NCBI GenBank assembly: GCA_034411995.1
Contig: DAOUME010000022.1
Coordinates: 3,965-67,964, forward strand
From: Anaerolineae bacterium
GTDB taxonomy: Bacteria > Chloroflexota > Anaerolineae > UBA7937 > B3-Chlor
DNA: 64,000 bases
Direction of reading: 5' to 3'
The position numbers and the translations under genes are program-made. This document shows, one piece after another, positions 17,944-27,646 of this stretch. The stretch's first letter is position 1. Each line of letters begins with the position of its first letter. A model generated the notes under the pieces. That model did no database searches. It was not told the DNA's origin and was given only the letters and a program-made list of their open reading frames with translations.

Positions 17944-19746
17944 ATGGACCAGGAAAGAATCAGGAACTTCTCCATCATCGCACACATCGATCACGGCAAG
18001 TCCACCCTGGCGGACCGCCTGCTGGAGTACACAGGCACTATCTCCCCCCGGGAGATGGCCGATCAGGTCCTGGACCAGATGGACCTGGAGCGCGAGAAGG
18101 GCGTGACCATCAAGTCCTCCGCCGTGCGCATGCGCTACCAGGCCGACGATGGCCAAGAGTACGAGCTCAACCTCATCGACACGCCGGGCCACGTGGACTT
18201 CACCTACGAGGTCTCCCGGGCCCTGGCGGCCTGCGAAGGCGCCGTCCTGGTGGTGGATGCCACCCAGGGGGTGGAAGCGCAGACTCTGGCCAACCTCTAC
18301 CTGGCCCTGGAGCACGATCTGGCCATCATCCCCGTGGCCAACAAGATCGACCTGGAAAGCGCCCGCCCGGAGGATGTGGCGCACGAGCTGGAAGAGCTGC
18401 TGGGCATCCCGGCGGAGCAGGTGCTGCGAACCTCGGCACGAGAAGGGATAGGGACCAAGGGTGTCCTGGAGGCCATCGTCAGGGCCGTCCCGCCGCCCCA
18501 GGGTCATTCTGAAGCCCCCCTGCGCGCTCTCATCTTCGACTCCCACTACGACCCGTACAAGGGCGTGGTGGCCTACGTGAGGATCGTGGACGGCCAGCTA
18601 AGGGGTCACCAGCGACTCGAGCTTATGTCAAACGAGCGGGCCTTCGAGCCTCTGGAGATCGGTGTCTTTACACCAGGAATGAGACCCACATCTGAGCTGG
18701 CCACCGCCGAAGTGGGATACATCGCCACCGGCCTCAAGAACGTCCGGGACTGCTCCGTGGGCGATACGATCACCACCGCCACAGACTCCGCCCAGGAGCC
18801 GCTCCCCGGATACCGGCCCATCAAGCCCATGGTCTTCGCCGGACTCTATCCCGCGGAAGCTGAAGACTATCACCTGTTGAGGGATGCCCTGGACAAGCTG
18901 CACCTCAACGATGCTTCGCTCTCCTACCAGCCAGAGGACTCCCAGGCTCTGGGCTTCGGCTTTCGCTGCGGGTTTCTGGGCCTCTTCCACATGGAGATCG
19001 TCCAGGAACGGTTGGAGAGGGAATACGGCCTCAGCCTCCTGGCCACGGCGCCCAGCGTGGAATACCACGTCCTGACCGGGGACGGCGAGCTGATCGAAGT
19101 CGACCGCCCCGCTGATCTGCCGGCACCGGTGGACATCGAGTCTATCGAGGAGCCGTGGGTCAAGATCAGCGTCTTCAGTCCCGAGGACTACATCGGCCCC
19201 ATCATGGAGCTGGTCACTTCCCGGCGCGGCGAGTACGAGTCCATGGAATACCTGGACCCTCAGCGGGTGCTGCTCACCTACCAGATGCCTTTGGGCGAGA
19301 TGATCGTGGAGTTCTACGACCAGCTCAAGTCTCGCACCAGGGGATACGCCTCTCTCGACTACGCCCTGTCTGGCTACCGGCCTGGGGACCTGGTCAGGCT
19401 CGACGTGCTGGTGAACAATCAGGCGGTGGATGCGTTGTCCCTGATCACCCACAGGGACCAGGCCTACGGCAAGGGCAGCTTGCTGGTCAAGAAGCTGAAG
19501 GAGGTGATCCCCCGGCAGTTGTTTCCCGTGCCGATTCAGGCCGCCGTGGGCAGCCACGTCATCGCTCGCGAGACGGTGAAGGCGCTGCGCAAGAACGTGC
19601 TGTCCAAGTGCTACGGCGGCGACGTGACCCGCAAACGGAAGCTGCTGGAGAAGCAGAAGGCCGGAAAGAAGAGAATGAAGAAGATCGGCCAGGTGAACAT
19701 CCCCCAGGAAGCGTTCATGGCCGTCTTGAACCTGTCGGAAGAGTAG
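17944..19746 (+). CDS. lepA: translation elongation factor 4 (LepA)
   Basis: [35 protein letters not shown]; 600 aa; conserved LepA C-terminus. Confidence 0.95.
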   Translation: MDQERIRNFSIIAHIDHGKSTLADRLLEYTGTISPREMADQVLDQMDLEREKGVTIKSSAVRMRYQADDGQEYELNLIDTPGHVDFTYEVSRALAACEGAVLVVDATQGVEAQTLANLYLALEHDLAIIPVANKIDLESARPEDVAHELEELLGIPAEQVLRTSAREGIGTKGVLEAIVRAVPPPQGHSEAPLRALIFDSHYDPYKGVVAYVRIVDGQLRGHQRLELMSNERAFEPLEIGVFTPGMRPTSELATAEVGYIATGLKNVRDCSVGDTITTATDSAQEPLPGYRPIKPMVFAGLYPAEAEDYHLLRDALDKLHLNDASLSYQPEDSQALGFGFRCGFLGLFHMEIVQERLEREYGLSLLATAPSVEYHVLTGDGELIEVDRPADLPAPVDIESIEEPWVKISVFSPEDYIGPIMELVTSRRGEYESMEYLDPQRVLLTYQMPLGEMIVEFYDQLKSRTRGYASLDYALSGYRPGDLVRLDVLVNNQAVDALSLITHRDQAYGKGSLLVKKLKEVIPRQLFPVPIQAAVGSHVIARETVKALRKNVLSKCYGGDVTRKRKLLEKQKAGKKRMKKIGQVNIPQEAFMAVLNLSEE

Positions 19747-19764
19747 GAACAGCCAGAGCAGGCC

Positions 19765-21198
19765 ATGACCTCAGGCACCACCCGGCTGACCATCCTCCAT
19801 ACCAACGATCTGCACGGGCGCATCGAGCAACTGCCGTTCCTCAGCGCCATGGCCAGGGCCATCCGCAGGGAAGTGGCCAGCCAGGGGGGCCACGCGCTGC
19901 TCTGGGACGCGGGCGACGCAGAGGATCGTATCCTCCTGGAGAGCGACGTCACCAAGGGCGCGGCGATCGTGCCGCTGATGTCTGCCGTGGGCTACGACGC
20001 AGCGGCGGTCGGCAATTCCATCGGCGTCACCTACGGCCCCCAGAACCTGTCCCAGCTGGCGAAGATCGCCCCCTACCCGCTGATGGCCGCGAACCTGGCC
20101 TGGTCCGACACCGGCCAACTGGTAGAGGGGTTGGTGCCGTACAAGCTGTGGGACCTGGGCCCGGCCAGGCTGGGCGTGGTGGGGCTCACCGCTCCCTCCG
20201 TGGCCTACTCGTCGTTCGGCGCTCGCTGCTACGTCCCGGCGCCCCTGGTCACGGAGCTGACCCGTCACCTGCGGGAGCAGGGAGCCACCATCATCTCCAT
20301 CCTCTCGCACCTGGGGCTGGAGGATGACCGGGCGCTGGCCGAGTCAGTGGAAGGCATCGATCTCATCGTCGGTGGGCACTCGCACACCCTGCTAGAGGAG
20401 CCTCTGCTGGTCCAGGGGACGCTCATCACCCAGGCCGGCTCCTACGGACAGCACCTGGGTCAGATCGACCTGGAGGTAGACGACGCCTCTGGAAGGGTCT
20501 TGGAGCGACGGGCACAGGTGCTGCCGGTGGAGACGTCCCGAGCCGACGACGTGGTGGTGGAGGCCATCCAGGCGCAGGCGCAGGAGGTGCAGAAGCTGCT
20601 GGGTCGCGTCGTCGGTCAGACCGTGGCCTTCCTAGACGTGAACTACTTCCAGGAATGCGCCCTCGGCAACTTCCTGGCTGACGTATTACGAGCGCGCATG
20701 GGCACCGAACTGGCCTTCGTGGTCACCGGCATGCTGGACGAGGCCCTCAGGGAAGGCCCCATCACCTTCGGCGACCTGTGCAGAGCCACGTCCTCCACGG
20801 CCAACCCCGGCCGGGCTGAGCTGACCGGCGAGCAGATACTGGGCGCCCTGAACCACGGTCTCCGCCCTGAGGTGGCGCAGGACCGTCCATCTCCCATGCG
20901 CGGCAACCCCCAGGGGATCCTTCAGGTGTCGGGACTCACGGTCACCTACGACCCTTACGGCGACCCCCAGGAGCAGGTGGTGGCGGTTCTGGTAGGAAAG
21001 GAACCGCTGGACAGGAACCGTACCTACACTGTGGCCTCGACAGACTGGGAGCTGGGCCACCTCACCGCCTACGTCGACCTGGACCGGGACGACGTGAGAT
21101 ACGACGTACCGACGATTCTCCGCGAAGCGATGGAGGAGCATTTGCGTCAGCACTCTCCCATCTCCGTAGCAGTGGAGGGGAGAATGCAGCCCGTATGA
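19765..21198 (+). CDS. bifunctional metallophosphatase/5'-nucleotidase family protein
   Basis: LTILHTNDLHGRI, GNSIG, GGHSHT motifs; C-terminal 5'-nucleotidase substrate domain. Confidence 0.8.
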   Translation: MTSGTTRLTILHTNDLHGRIEQLPFLSAMARAIRREVASQGGHALLWDAGDAEDRILLESDVTKGAAIVPLMSAVGYDAAAVGNSIGVTYGPQNLSQLAKIAPYPLMAANLAWSDTGQLVEGLVPYKLWDLGPARLGVVGLTAPSVAYSSFGARCYVPAPLVTELTRHLREQGATIISILSHLGLEDDRALAESVEGIDLIVGGHSHTLLEEPLLVQGTLITQAGSYGQHLGQIDLEVDDASGRVLERRAQVLPVETSRADDVVVEAIQAQAQEVQKLLGRVVGQTVAFLDVNYFQECALGNFLADVLRARMGTELAFVVTGMLDEALREGPITFGDLCRATSSTANPGRAELTGEQILGALNHGLRPEVAQDRPSPMRGNPQGILQVSGLTVTYDPYGDPQEQVVAVLVGKEPLDRNRTYTVASTDWELGHLTAYVDLDRDDVRYDVPTILREAMEEHLRQHSPISVAVEGRMQPV

Positions 21199-22373
21199 AA
21201 GCCAGAGCTCTTCCGGGGGGTTACAGCCCCACTTTCTACCTGGCCTTCCTGTCCTGCTTTCTCTTCTTCAGCAGTATTCACTTGCTGATCACACCGCTGC
21301 CCACCTACATCGAGGCCCTGGGAGGGGGCCCGGTCCACGTCGGGCTGGCCGGGACGACCTTCGCCCTGGCGGCCCTCGTCCTCCGCCCCTGGATGGGCCG
21401 CCTGGTGGACACTCGAGGGCGCAAGATAGCCCTGCTCATCGGAACGGCCGTCTTCACCGTAGGGCCTCTGTGCTACATTGTGACCACCACCCTGCCCGCC
21501 TTTCACCTGGCGCGGGTCTTCCACGGCATCGGCATCGCCGCGTTCACCAGTGCGTACTTTGCCCTCATCGCCGACGTCACGCCGCCCGCCCGCTGGGGTG
21601 AAGCCCTGGGACTGGCCGGCGTCGCCGCCTCTCTCTCCGTGATCATCGCCTCACCCGCAGGGACGGCGCTCCTCGAACACACCAGCCATCGACTGGTCTT
21701 CGTCGCCTCCAGCCTGACGGCACTGGCCAGCTTCGCCGTCGCCCTTTCCATCCACGAGTCCAGACGGGCGGTCGTCGCCTCCCAGAGCCTGGATTCCAGC
21801 CAAGAGGGCCTGCTCGACGTGATCAAGCTGCCTGGCGTGAGCGCACCGTCCATGGTCACTCTGGCCCTGGGGCTGAGCTACGGCGCGGTCTACTCCTTCC
21901 TGCCCCTCTTTGCCCGAGATCGCAACCTGGGCAACGTGGGGTTCTTCTTCACCGGCCTGAGCCTCTCCATGGTGGTCTCCCGATCCATGGGCGGACGGGT
22001 GTCGGACAGGCTGGGCCGCCTCCCTGTGATCCTGCCCATGGGTGGCCTCCTGGCCCTCAGCCTGGCGGGCCTCAACTGGACCTACGCCTTCGGCACGCTC
22101 ATGCTCATGGCCGTCTTTCATGGCTTGGGCTTCGGGGGCGCCCGGGTGGTCCTGGAGACCATGGTCGTGGACAGCGCACCGGCCAGGGTGAGAGGAAGGG
22201 CCTTGAGTATCGTGTACTTCTGTTTCGACACCGGCCTGGCCGCCAGCGGGCTGTTGTTGGGGCCGGTCATCGATCTGGCGGGATACGGGATGGCCTTCCT
22301 CTTGGTGGGTGGTGTCTGCGTCCTCGCTCTGATCCTCTTCGCGGCGGCCATGAGGCGGGCAGAGACCGCCTAG
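21195..22373 (+). CDS. MFS transporter
   Basis: 12-TM-like hydrophobic profile, GRLVDTRGRK loop motif; ATGA overlap with the upstream stop. Confidence 0.85.
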   Translation: MKARALPGGYSPTFYLAFLSCFLFFSSIHLLITPLPTYIEALGGGPVHVGLAGTTFALAALVLRPWMGRLVDTRGRKIALLIGTAVFTVGPLCYIVTTTLPAFHLARVFHGIGIAAFTSAYFALIADVTPPARWGEALGLAGVAASLSVIIASPAGTALLEHTSHRLVFVASSLTALASFAVALSIHESRRAVVASQSLDSSQEGLLDVIKLPGVSAPSMVTLALGLSYGAVYSFLPLFARDRNLGNVGFFFTGLSLSMVVSRSMGGRVSDRLGRLPVILPMGGLLALSLAGLNWTYAFGTLMLMAVFHGLGFGGARVVLETMVVDSAPARVRGRALSIVYFCFDTGLAASGLLLGPVIDLAGYGMAFLLVGGVCVLALILFAAAMRRAETA

Positions 22374-22383
22374 TATCCCGAGC

Positions 22384-23502
22384 TCAGACAGGCCCCTGGT
22401 CGGCCACTTCCAGCAGGACCTCCAGCACCCTCCCTGCCGTCACCCCCCAATCGAAGGCCCGCAACCGGTCACGGCCCCGCCGCACCAGTTCGGAGCGTAG
22501 TGCTCGATCCATGATAACCCGCAACGTGGCCTGGGCTATCCCCTCCACGTCCAGGGGGTCGACCAGCAGCGCCGCCTCCCCCGCCACCTCGGCCAGGGCG
22601 GAAGTGTCCGAGGTCACCACGGGCACGCCGTACGCGGCGGCCTCCAGGATGGGGAAACCGAAGCCCTCGTACAGCGAGGGGAAGAGGAAAGCCTCGGCCC
22701 CGGCGAAGAGGCCGGCCTTCTCCCGGCCCACGTATCCGGTGAGCACCACGTCCACGCCGTGTGGTGAGGCGTTGATCAAGCGCGCCACCTCCTCGAACCC
22801 CACGCCGGGCGTGCCCCCCAGCACCAGTTGATGCGGCAGGCCGCGCTCTTTGAGCCTCAGGAAGGCCTGCACGATGCGCGCCACGTTCTTCTTCGTCTCC
22901 AACCGCCCCAGGAAGAGGAGGTACGGCGGGGTGATCTCGTACCGCTCCAACGTGGCGGCCACCTGGTCAGGTGTCGGCAGCTCCGCCTCGGTGACGGTCA
23001 ACCCGGAGAGGACGGCTTCGATGCGCGCCGGGTCAACACCGTAGATGCGCACCAGGTCGTCCTTCGTGGCCTGGGAGACAGCGATGATCTTCGCCGCCGT
23101 GCGCAGGGCGAAGCGGGTGGTGAGCTCCAGGTACCAGCGCGCCAGCGGCGAGTAACACTCCGGGAAGTAGTGAAAGGCCACGTCGTGGATGGTGGTCACG
23201 CAGCGCGGCGGACGCAGGAAGGGGATGACGTTGGCCGGAGCGAAGAACACGTCGGGCTTCAGCCGTCGCAGCTCCGTGGCCATCCGAGTCTGCGCCCACA
23301 GGGTGCGTCGCGGTATCTCGAGAGGGACGAAGTTGGAGGGCAGGTCCCCGAACTCCTCCGGCACCCTGTCGTTCAACAAGAGGGTGTACTGGTTGGTGGA
23401 GTCCAGCCGCGCCAGAGCCAGGATCAGGTGTAGCGTGTAGAACTCCGTGCCGGTCCGGCGTTTCTTGGCCGCCGGGGAAGCGTCGATGGCGATCCTCTTC
23501 AC
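22384..23502 (-). CDS. family 1 (GT4) glycosyltransferase
   Basis: C-terminal EGFGFPILEAAAYGVPVV motif; start set to GTG 23502, which overlaps the upstream TGA (GTGA); the track N-terminal 114 aa look non-coding. Confidence 0.85.
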   Translation of the reverse strand: MKRIAIDASPAAKKRRTGTEFYTLHLILALARLDSTNQYTLLLNDRVPEEFGDLPSNFVPLEIPRRTLWAQTRMATELRRLKPDVFFAPANVIPFLRPPRCVTTIHDVAFHYFPECYSPLARWYLELTTRFALRTAAKIIAVSQATKDDLVRIYGVDPARIEAVLSGLTVTEAELPTPDQVAATLERYEITPPYLLFLGRLETKKNVARIVQAFLRLKERGLPHQLVLGGTPGVGFEEVARLINASPHGVDVVLTGYVGREKAGLFAGAEAFLFPSLYEGFGFPILEAAAYGVPVVTSDTSALAEVAGEAALLVDPLDVEGIAQATLRVIMDRALRSELVRRGRDRLRAFDWGVTAGRVLEVLLEVADQGPV

Positions 23503-24539
23503 CCTACGCCCTCCACCGGTTTCCGGGCCACGGCGGTGAGCCCGTACTCGACGAAGAGCAGCCCAGCCAGGTTGGCCCCCTGCGAACGGAGCATCCTCCG
23601 TGCCCACGCTCCCTTCCACATCCGTCTGGTGAGGGCGAAGAGCGAAGACTTCACCCTCCCCCCCTCTGGGGCTCCCTCCTCCCCGTCCAGCATGGCGCGC
23701 AGCGCCCCGGGGAGGTAGTAGCGGGGATTCAGCCCTGCGGCCCCGAAGGCCTGGCGGTAGTCGAGGATGGTATAGGCGTGCTCGTTGATGCCCGCCTCCG
23801 TCTCCTCGTTGTCCACGCGTTTGTCCTTGAGGATCCTGTAGCACGGCTCACTGGTCAGCGCCAGCCTCCCTCCCTCTCTCAGCACGCCAGCGCACTGTAT
23901 CACCACCTGACCCAGCATCGGGCTATGGTGGATGCTGGCCACGGAGAGCACCAGGTCGAAGGTCTCAGGACGAAAGGGCAGCTTCTCCATGCTGGCCAGG
24001 ACCCGCTCGAAGGGAGGGGTCCCCTGCCGCAGGTACACCTCCCCCGTCTCCAACCCTCCTGCCCGTCTGTCCCTCACCACGTCCAGGGCCACCACCTGGC
24101 ACCCCGCCCGCGCCAGAAAAGCGCTGGCCCAGCACCGTCCAGCCCCCAGCTCCAGCACCCGCTCTCCACCGCGCAGGTCCAGCAGTTCCATCAGGCCGAA
24201 GAAGTTGTCGCCCTGCCTCTTCCAGTGGGCTACGCTCTGGAGGTTGGAGGTGACGCCCTGGTGCACGCGGGGCAGGGACAGGATCCACTCCTCCCTCATC
24301 TCCTCGGCGCCGCCCTGAAGGAACCTCTCCCAGCCGGCCCGCTCCCGAAGGACCGCCTCGGGCGGGTGCGGAAGGAGGTCCAGGACACCGTGGCTGAGGG
24401 CGTAGCGAGCGCCGCAGGCCCCACACTCCAGCCAGCCCTCGGTGAGAACGTCTGGCTGTGCGCTGCGCAGGGCTTCCAGGTGCCAGTGGCCTTCCCCGCA
24501 GGCCGGGCAAACCAGCCAATCCAGTAGCTCCTCTCTCAT
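23499..24539 (-). CDS. class I SAM methyltransferase with N-terminal Trm112-like zinc ribbon
   Basis: LVCPACGE...CGACG zinc ribbon, VLELGAGRC motif I. Confidence 0.75.
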   Translation of the reverse strand: MREELLDWLVCPACGEGHWHLEALRSAQPDVLTEGWLECGACGARYALSHGVLDLLPHPPEAVLRERAGWERFLQGGAEEMREEWILSLPRVHQGVTSNLQSVAHWKRQGDNFFGLMELLDLRGGERVLELGAGRCWASAFLARAGCQVVALDVVRDRRAGGLETGEVYLRQGTPPFERVLASMEKLPFRPETFDLVLSVASIHHSPMLGQVVIQCAGVLREGGRLALTSEPCYRILKDKRVDNEETEAGINEHAYTILDYRQAFGAAGLNPRYYLPGALRAMLDGEEGAPEGGRVKSSLFALTRRMWKGAWARRMLRSQGANLAGLLFVEYGLTAVARKPVEGVG

Positions 24540-24577
24540 GGTCAGCCTATCATATCAGCGCTATGGGGCAGAGTCAA

Positions 24578-24864
24578 GGCAAGGACGTTGGGGCGAGGCG
24601 GCCTTGCCCCCCTTCTTTGCCTCGTCGCCGCACGGCATGCCGTGCGGCTACACCCAACGCGCGCGCTGCACACATCCTCCCACCTGCGAATCCCTTGCCC
24701 CCCGCAATCCGTAGGGCAAGCTTAAGCTTGCCTAGCGCTGGATGCCTGATCCTGCGCGTGCCTTCCACGCTCCCATGTCGGCGCCAATACCTGTCCTGCC
24801 ACCCTCGCCCCACGTCGAGCTGAAGCTCGACGCTACATCAGCCCTAAACGCGCCACAGCGCGTT
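24578..24864. repeat. cluster of five different GC-rich hairpin (REP-like) elements
   Basis: Stems at 24578-24608, 24627-24648 (GCCGCACGGCATGCCGTGCGGC), 24715-24732 (GGCAAGCTTAAGCTTGCC), 24814-24831 (GTCGAGCTGAAGCTCGAC), 24847-24864 (AACGCGCCACAGCGCGTT). Confidence 0.7.
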
Positions 24865-24982
24865 CCTCCCCCCCACCACCCCCTGCTGCACCCCGTCCCC
24901 TGCGTCACCAAGCAGGCATTCCCCATGCCCGGCGACTCGGCCTGCCCCCCCGCCCCTACCCCCGTTCCCAGCCGCACCTGAC

Positions 24983-25011
24983 GTGACACCTGTCACCAGA
25001 CATGGTACAAT
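24983..25011 (+). promoter_or_regulatory. sigma70-type promoter
   Basis: GTGACA (24983-24988), 17-nt spacer, TGgTACAAT (-10 at 25006-25011). Confidence 0.45.
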
Positions 25012-25286
25012 AGCCTGTGACCATCGCCGCTGCTCGAAACGGAGGAATAGCCCGTGAGCACGGAAGAAGACCTCATCCCCGAGGAAGCCATCGGGGGTGG
25101 TGGCGCGGCACGCGCCCCATCCCGGCCTCCCTGTGGCTCCGTGGTTCACCATTTCTACTCAAGCACACCGTTCGGCAGCGATGAACGAAGCGTTGGACTT
25201 CTCTGTGACGCCATAGGCCCCGGCTTCGGGGCGTTCGACGCCGTCCTGACCGGCTACTGCTACCCCTCACGGAGATCGCCAGCGAG

Positions 25287-27134
25287 GTGGTTACGGTGAA
25301 GAAGAACCTGTGCGGAATAGCCAAGCTCCTGATTCTGCTCGTCGCGCTGGCTCTAGTCATGCCGGCGCGAAACCCTGTGGAAGCCCAGGAAGGAGGGCAA
25401 ACGGTAACCCTCGAGCTGATCCCCGTGGGTATCGAAGGGGAGGTCGGCGGGTCGATATCCTTCCGTCTCCCCCCAGGCTACGAACCGTGGGGGTCCTATC
25501 CCCACGAATCCAGGTGGGGGCCGGCCACGGCTATCTGGACCGACTACGATTACCACGGCACACGAGTGGTCCAGACCGTGACCTTCCCCGATGGTGCCCA
25601 GGACCGACGTACAGGCGATGAGATCGACGGCGTCGGCTTTGGCGGCGGCGTGCTCTATGTCAGAGGGTATGCGGACATTCACACCGAGGCGGAGGAGTCC
25701 CAGAGGCCGTACGTGGCGGGGGTGATCTACGAGGAAGGGGCCACTACCGTAGCTGGGGATGGAGTGGCGTACGATGCGTACTACTACCTCTCCTCACGGA
25801 CCGAAGAGGAGCAAGGGGACTATGAGTGGGTTTACGGCTACCACAATCTGGCGCTCAGGATAGCGCTCTCCGACACTGAGCCCCTTTACACCCTCTGGCT
25901 TCACTTCTGGACCTGGGGGCCTGCCGACTTCACCGACAGCCAGGGTACGGATTATACTTTCACGCTGGACGGCAACCCGGCGATGGACGCCCACCACGAA
26001 TACCTGAAGGCCATGCTCTCCAGCGTCACCATCACCGGCTGGAAGGCGCCACCGGCTGTCGCACCGCCAGAGACGGAGCTCACCGGCAGCGACTGGCTGG
26101 ATACGATCCCCCTGCCCACGGAAATCTCCACCGAGCCCAAGGTGGTGGGCACGAACCTGGGACTGGCTCTCTTCTTCGCCCTGGCCTTCGGGCTCACTTC
26201 GGAGCTCTTCAACGCCACCCTGAAGGAGAACGAAGAGCTCCTCCACGCCCGGCTGGCACCAGTGCTGGCGCCTCTCCGGCGTGGAAAGAAGCGGCTGCCG
26301 CGCCTGGAGGGAGGGCGGTGGACCCGTTTCGCCAAAGCGATGCTCATGCTCCTCCTCTCAGCCCTCCTCTACGCCTTTCTCGACCCTGGATTCGGCCTCA
26401 GCCCCAGCGGGGCCATCGTCTTCCTTTCCCTCTTCGTCGCCCTGCTGGTGGTGGTCTACTCGTACGACGGGTGCCAGGCCCTGCTGGGAGCCAGGTTCTA
26501 CGAGCTGAGGTCCCGCTTTCAACTCTTCCCCATCGCCCTGGCTTTTGGTCTGGCTTGCGTGCTGGTCACGCGAGGTATGGACTTCCACCCTGGCTATCTC
26601 TACGGCTTCGTGGCTGGCCTGGGTCTGCTGGGTCTGGAGGCGGAGACACCACGCCGCCAGGCGCTTCTGGTGCTGGGGGGCGTCGGGGCGCTCCTGGCCG
26701 CCACCCTGGTGGCCTGGGGGTTGGCCGTGCCGGTGGCTGGGCTGGCCGAGGGTGGCCTGCCTGGCGCCTCGGTTCTCTACGGCGTGCTGGTGGCCATCTT
26801 CGTCGCCGGGCTGGAGGGCCTCCTCTTTTCCCTGGTGCCGCTGGCTTTCATGGACGGATCCAAGGTCATGGCCTGGAGCCGGGTCGTCTGGGCGGTGACC
26901 TTCGGCCTGGCAGCCTGGCTGTTCTTCCACGTGCTCATCAACCCCGGCAGCGCTTATCTGGAGGCACTGAGCAGCAAGAAGGTCCTGTTGATGGTGGGGA
27001 CGTTGGCCGCCTACGGTGCCCTGACCGCCGGCACCTGGCTCTGCTTCCGGTGGTATGGGCCAGAAAGCGAGCCAGGACAGGCCGGGCCAGCTATGGAGAC
27101 CATGCAAAGAAAAGGCCGAGCCGGCCGCCGCTGA
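25287..27134 (+). CDS. uncharacterised membrane protein (N-terminal exported domain plus C-terminal multi-TM region)
   Basis: Signal/TM helix LLILLVALALV, about 250-aa soluble region, then at least 8 hydrophobic helices; start may be GTG 25296. Confidence 0.6.
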   Translation: MVTVKKNLCGIAKLLILLVALALVMPARNPVEAQEGGQTVTLELIPVGIEGEVGGSISFRLPPGYEPWGSYPHESRWGPATAIWTDYDYHGTRVVQTVTFPDGAQDRRTGDEIDGVGFGGGVLYVRGYADIHTEAEESQRPYVAGVIYEEGATTVAGDGVAYDAYYYLSSRTEEEQGDYEWVYGYHNLALRIALSDTEPLYTLWLHFWTWGPADFTDSQGTDYTFTLDGNPAMDAHHEYLKAMLSSVTITGWKAPPAVAPPETELTGSDWLDTIPLPTEISTEPKVVGTNLGLALFFALAFGLTSELFNATLKENEELLHARLAPVLAPLRRGKKRLPRLEGGRWTRFAKAMLMLLLSALLYAFLDPGFGLSPSGAIVFLSLFVALLVVVYSYDGCQALLGARFYELRSRFQLFPIALAFGLACVLVTRGMDFHPGYLYGFVAGLGLLGLEAETPRRQALLVLGGVGALLAATLVAWGLAVPVAGLAEGGLPGASVLYGVLVAIFVAGLEGLLFSLVPLAFMDGSKVMAWSRVVWAVTFGLAAWLFFHVLINPGSAYLEALSSKKVLLMVGTLAAYGALTAGTWLCFRWYGPESEPGQAGPAMETMQRKGRAGRR

Positions 27135-27262
27135 CATGGTGGGGGAGGGCCCTCTCGCCGAACCAGCGGCGAGGGTCCCTGACGAGGTCAAGCGGGTACT
27201 GCTGGCTGCTCAGCCTGGTTTCCTGCCGGGACATCCTTGCGCTACCCCACACCGTCCTGTAG

Positions 27263-27419
27263 GGCAAACTTCAGTTTGCCGCACCCCACACCCCGCAGCG
27301 ATGCCACCGCCCTGTAGGGGCACGGCATGCCGTGCCCCTACCAAGGCGTACACCCCACCTGTTTTTCTGAGCGCAGCGAAGAATCTCAGGCACAGATTCT
27401 TTGCTTCGACTGGGCTCAG
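27263..27419. repeat. cluster of REP-like hairpins
   Basis: 27263-27280 (GGCAAACT-TC-AGTTTGCC), 27314-27341 (GTAGGGGCACGGCATGCCGTGCCCCTAC), 27376-27404 (GCGAAGAATCT...AGATTCTTTGC) nested in CTGAGC/GCTCAG (27367-27419). Confidence 0.7.
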
Positions 27420-27646
27420 GGCAAGCTCTGGTTCGCGCCTCAGGACGACAGGGGGACCGGGCCCCGAGGGCGGGTGATCCACCAAGTCTTGCCGCGCGGG
27501 CCTCGCCCCGCGCTGGGCAAGCCAGCTTGCCCTCGCTGGCCAGTTGTGCTACTATTGATTGACTTCGCCCCTACTTCGAGAACCGCTCGACAGACGCCTC
27601 GCCCCGGCAATGACCCGGGTCTGCCCACGCGCCAGAGGAGGAAAGC

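Noticed and set aside
25054-25299. 81-aa ORF (GTG start 9 nt after GGAGG) between the promoter at 24983 and the membrane-protein gene
   Set aside because: It has no recognisable motif, a Gly/Ala/Pro/Ser-rich composition, and overlaps the next start. It cannot be supported without conservation or expression data.
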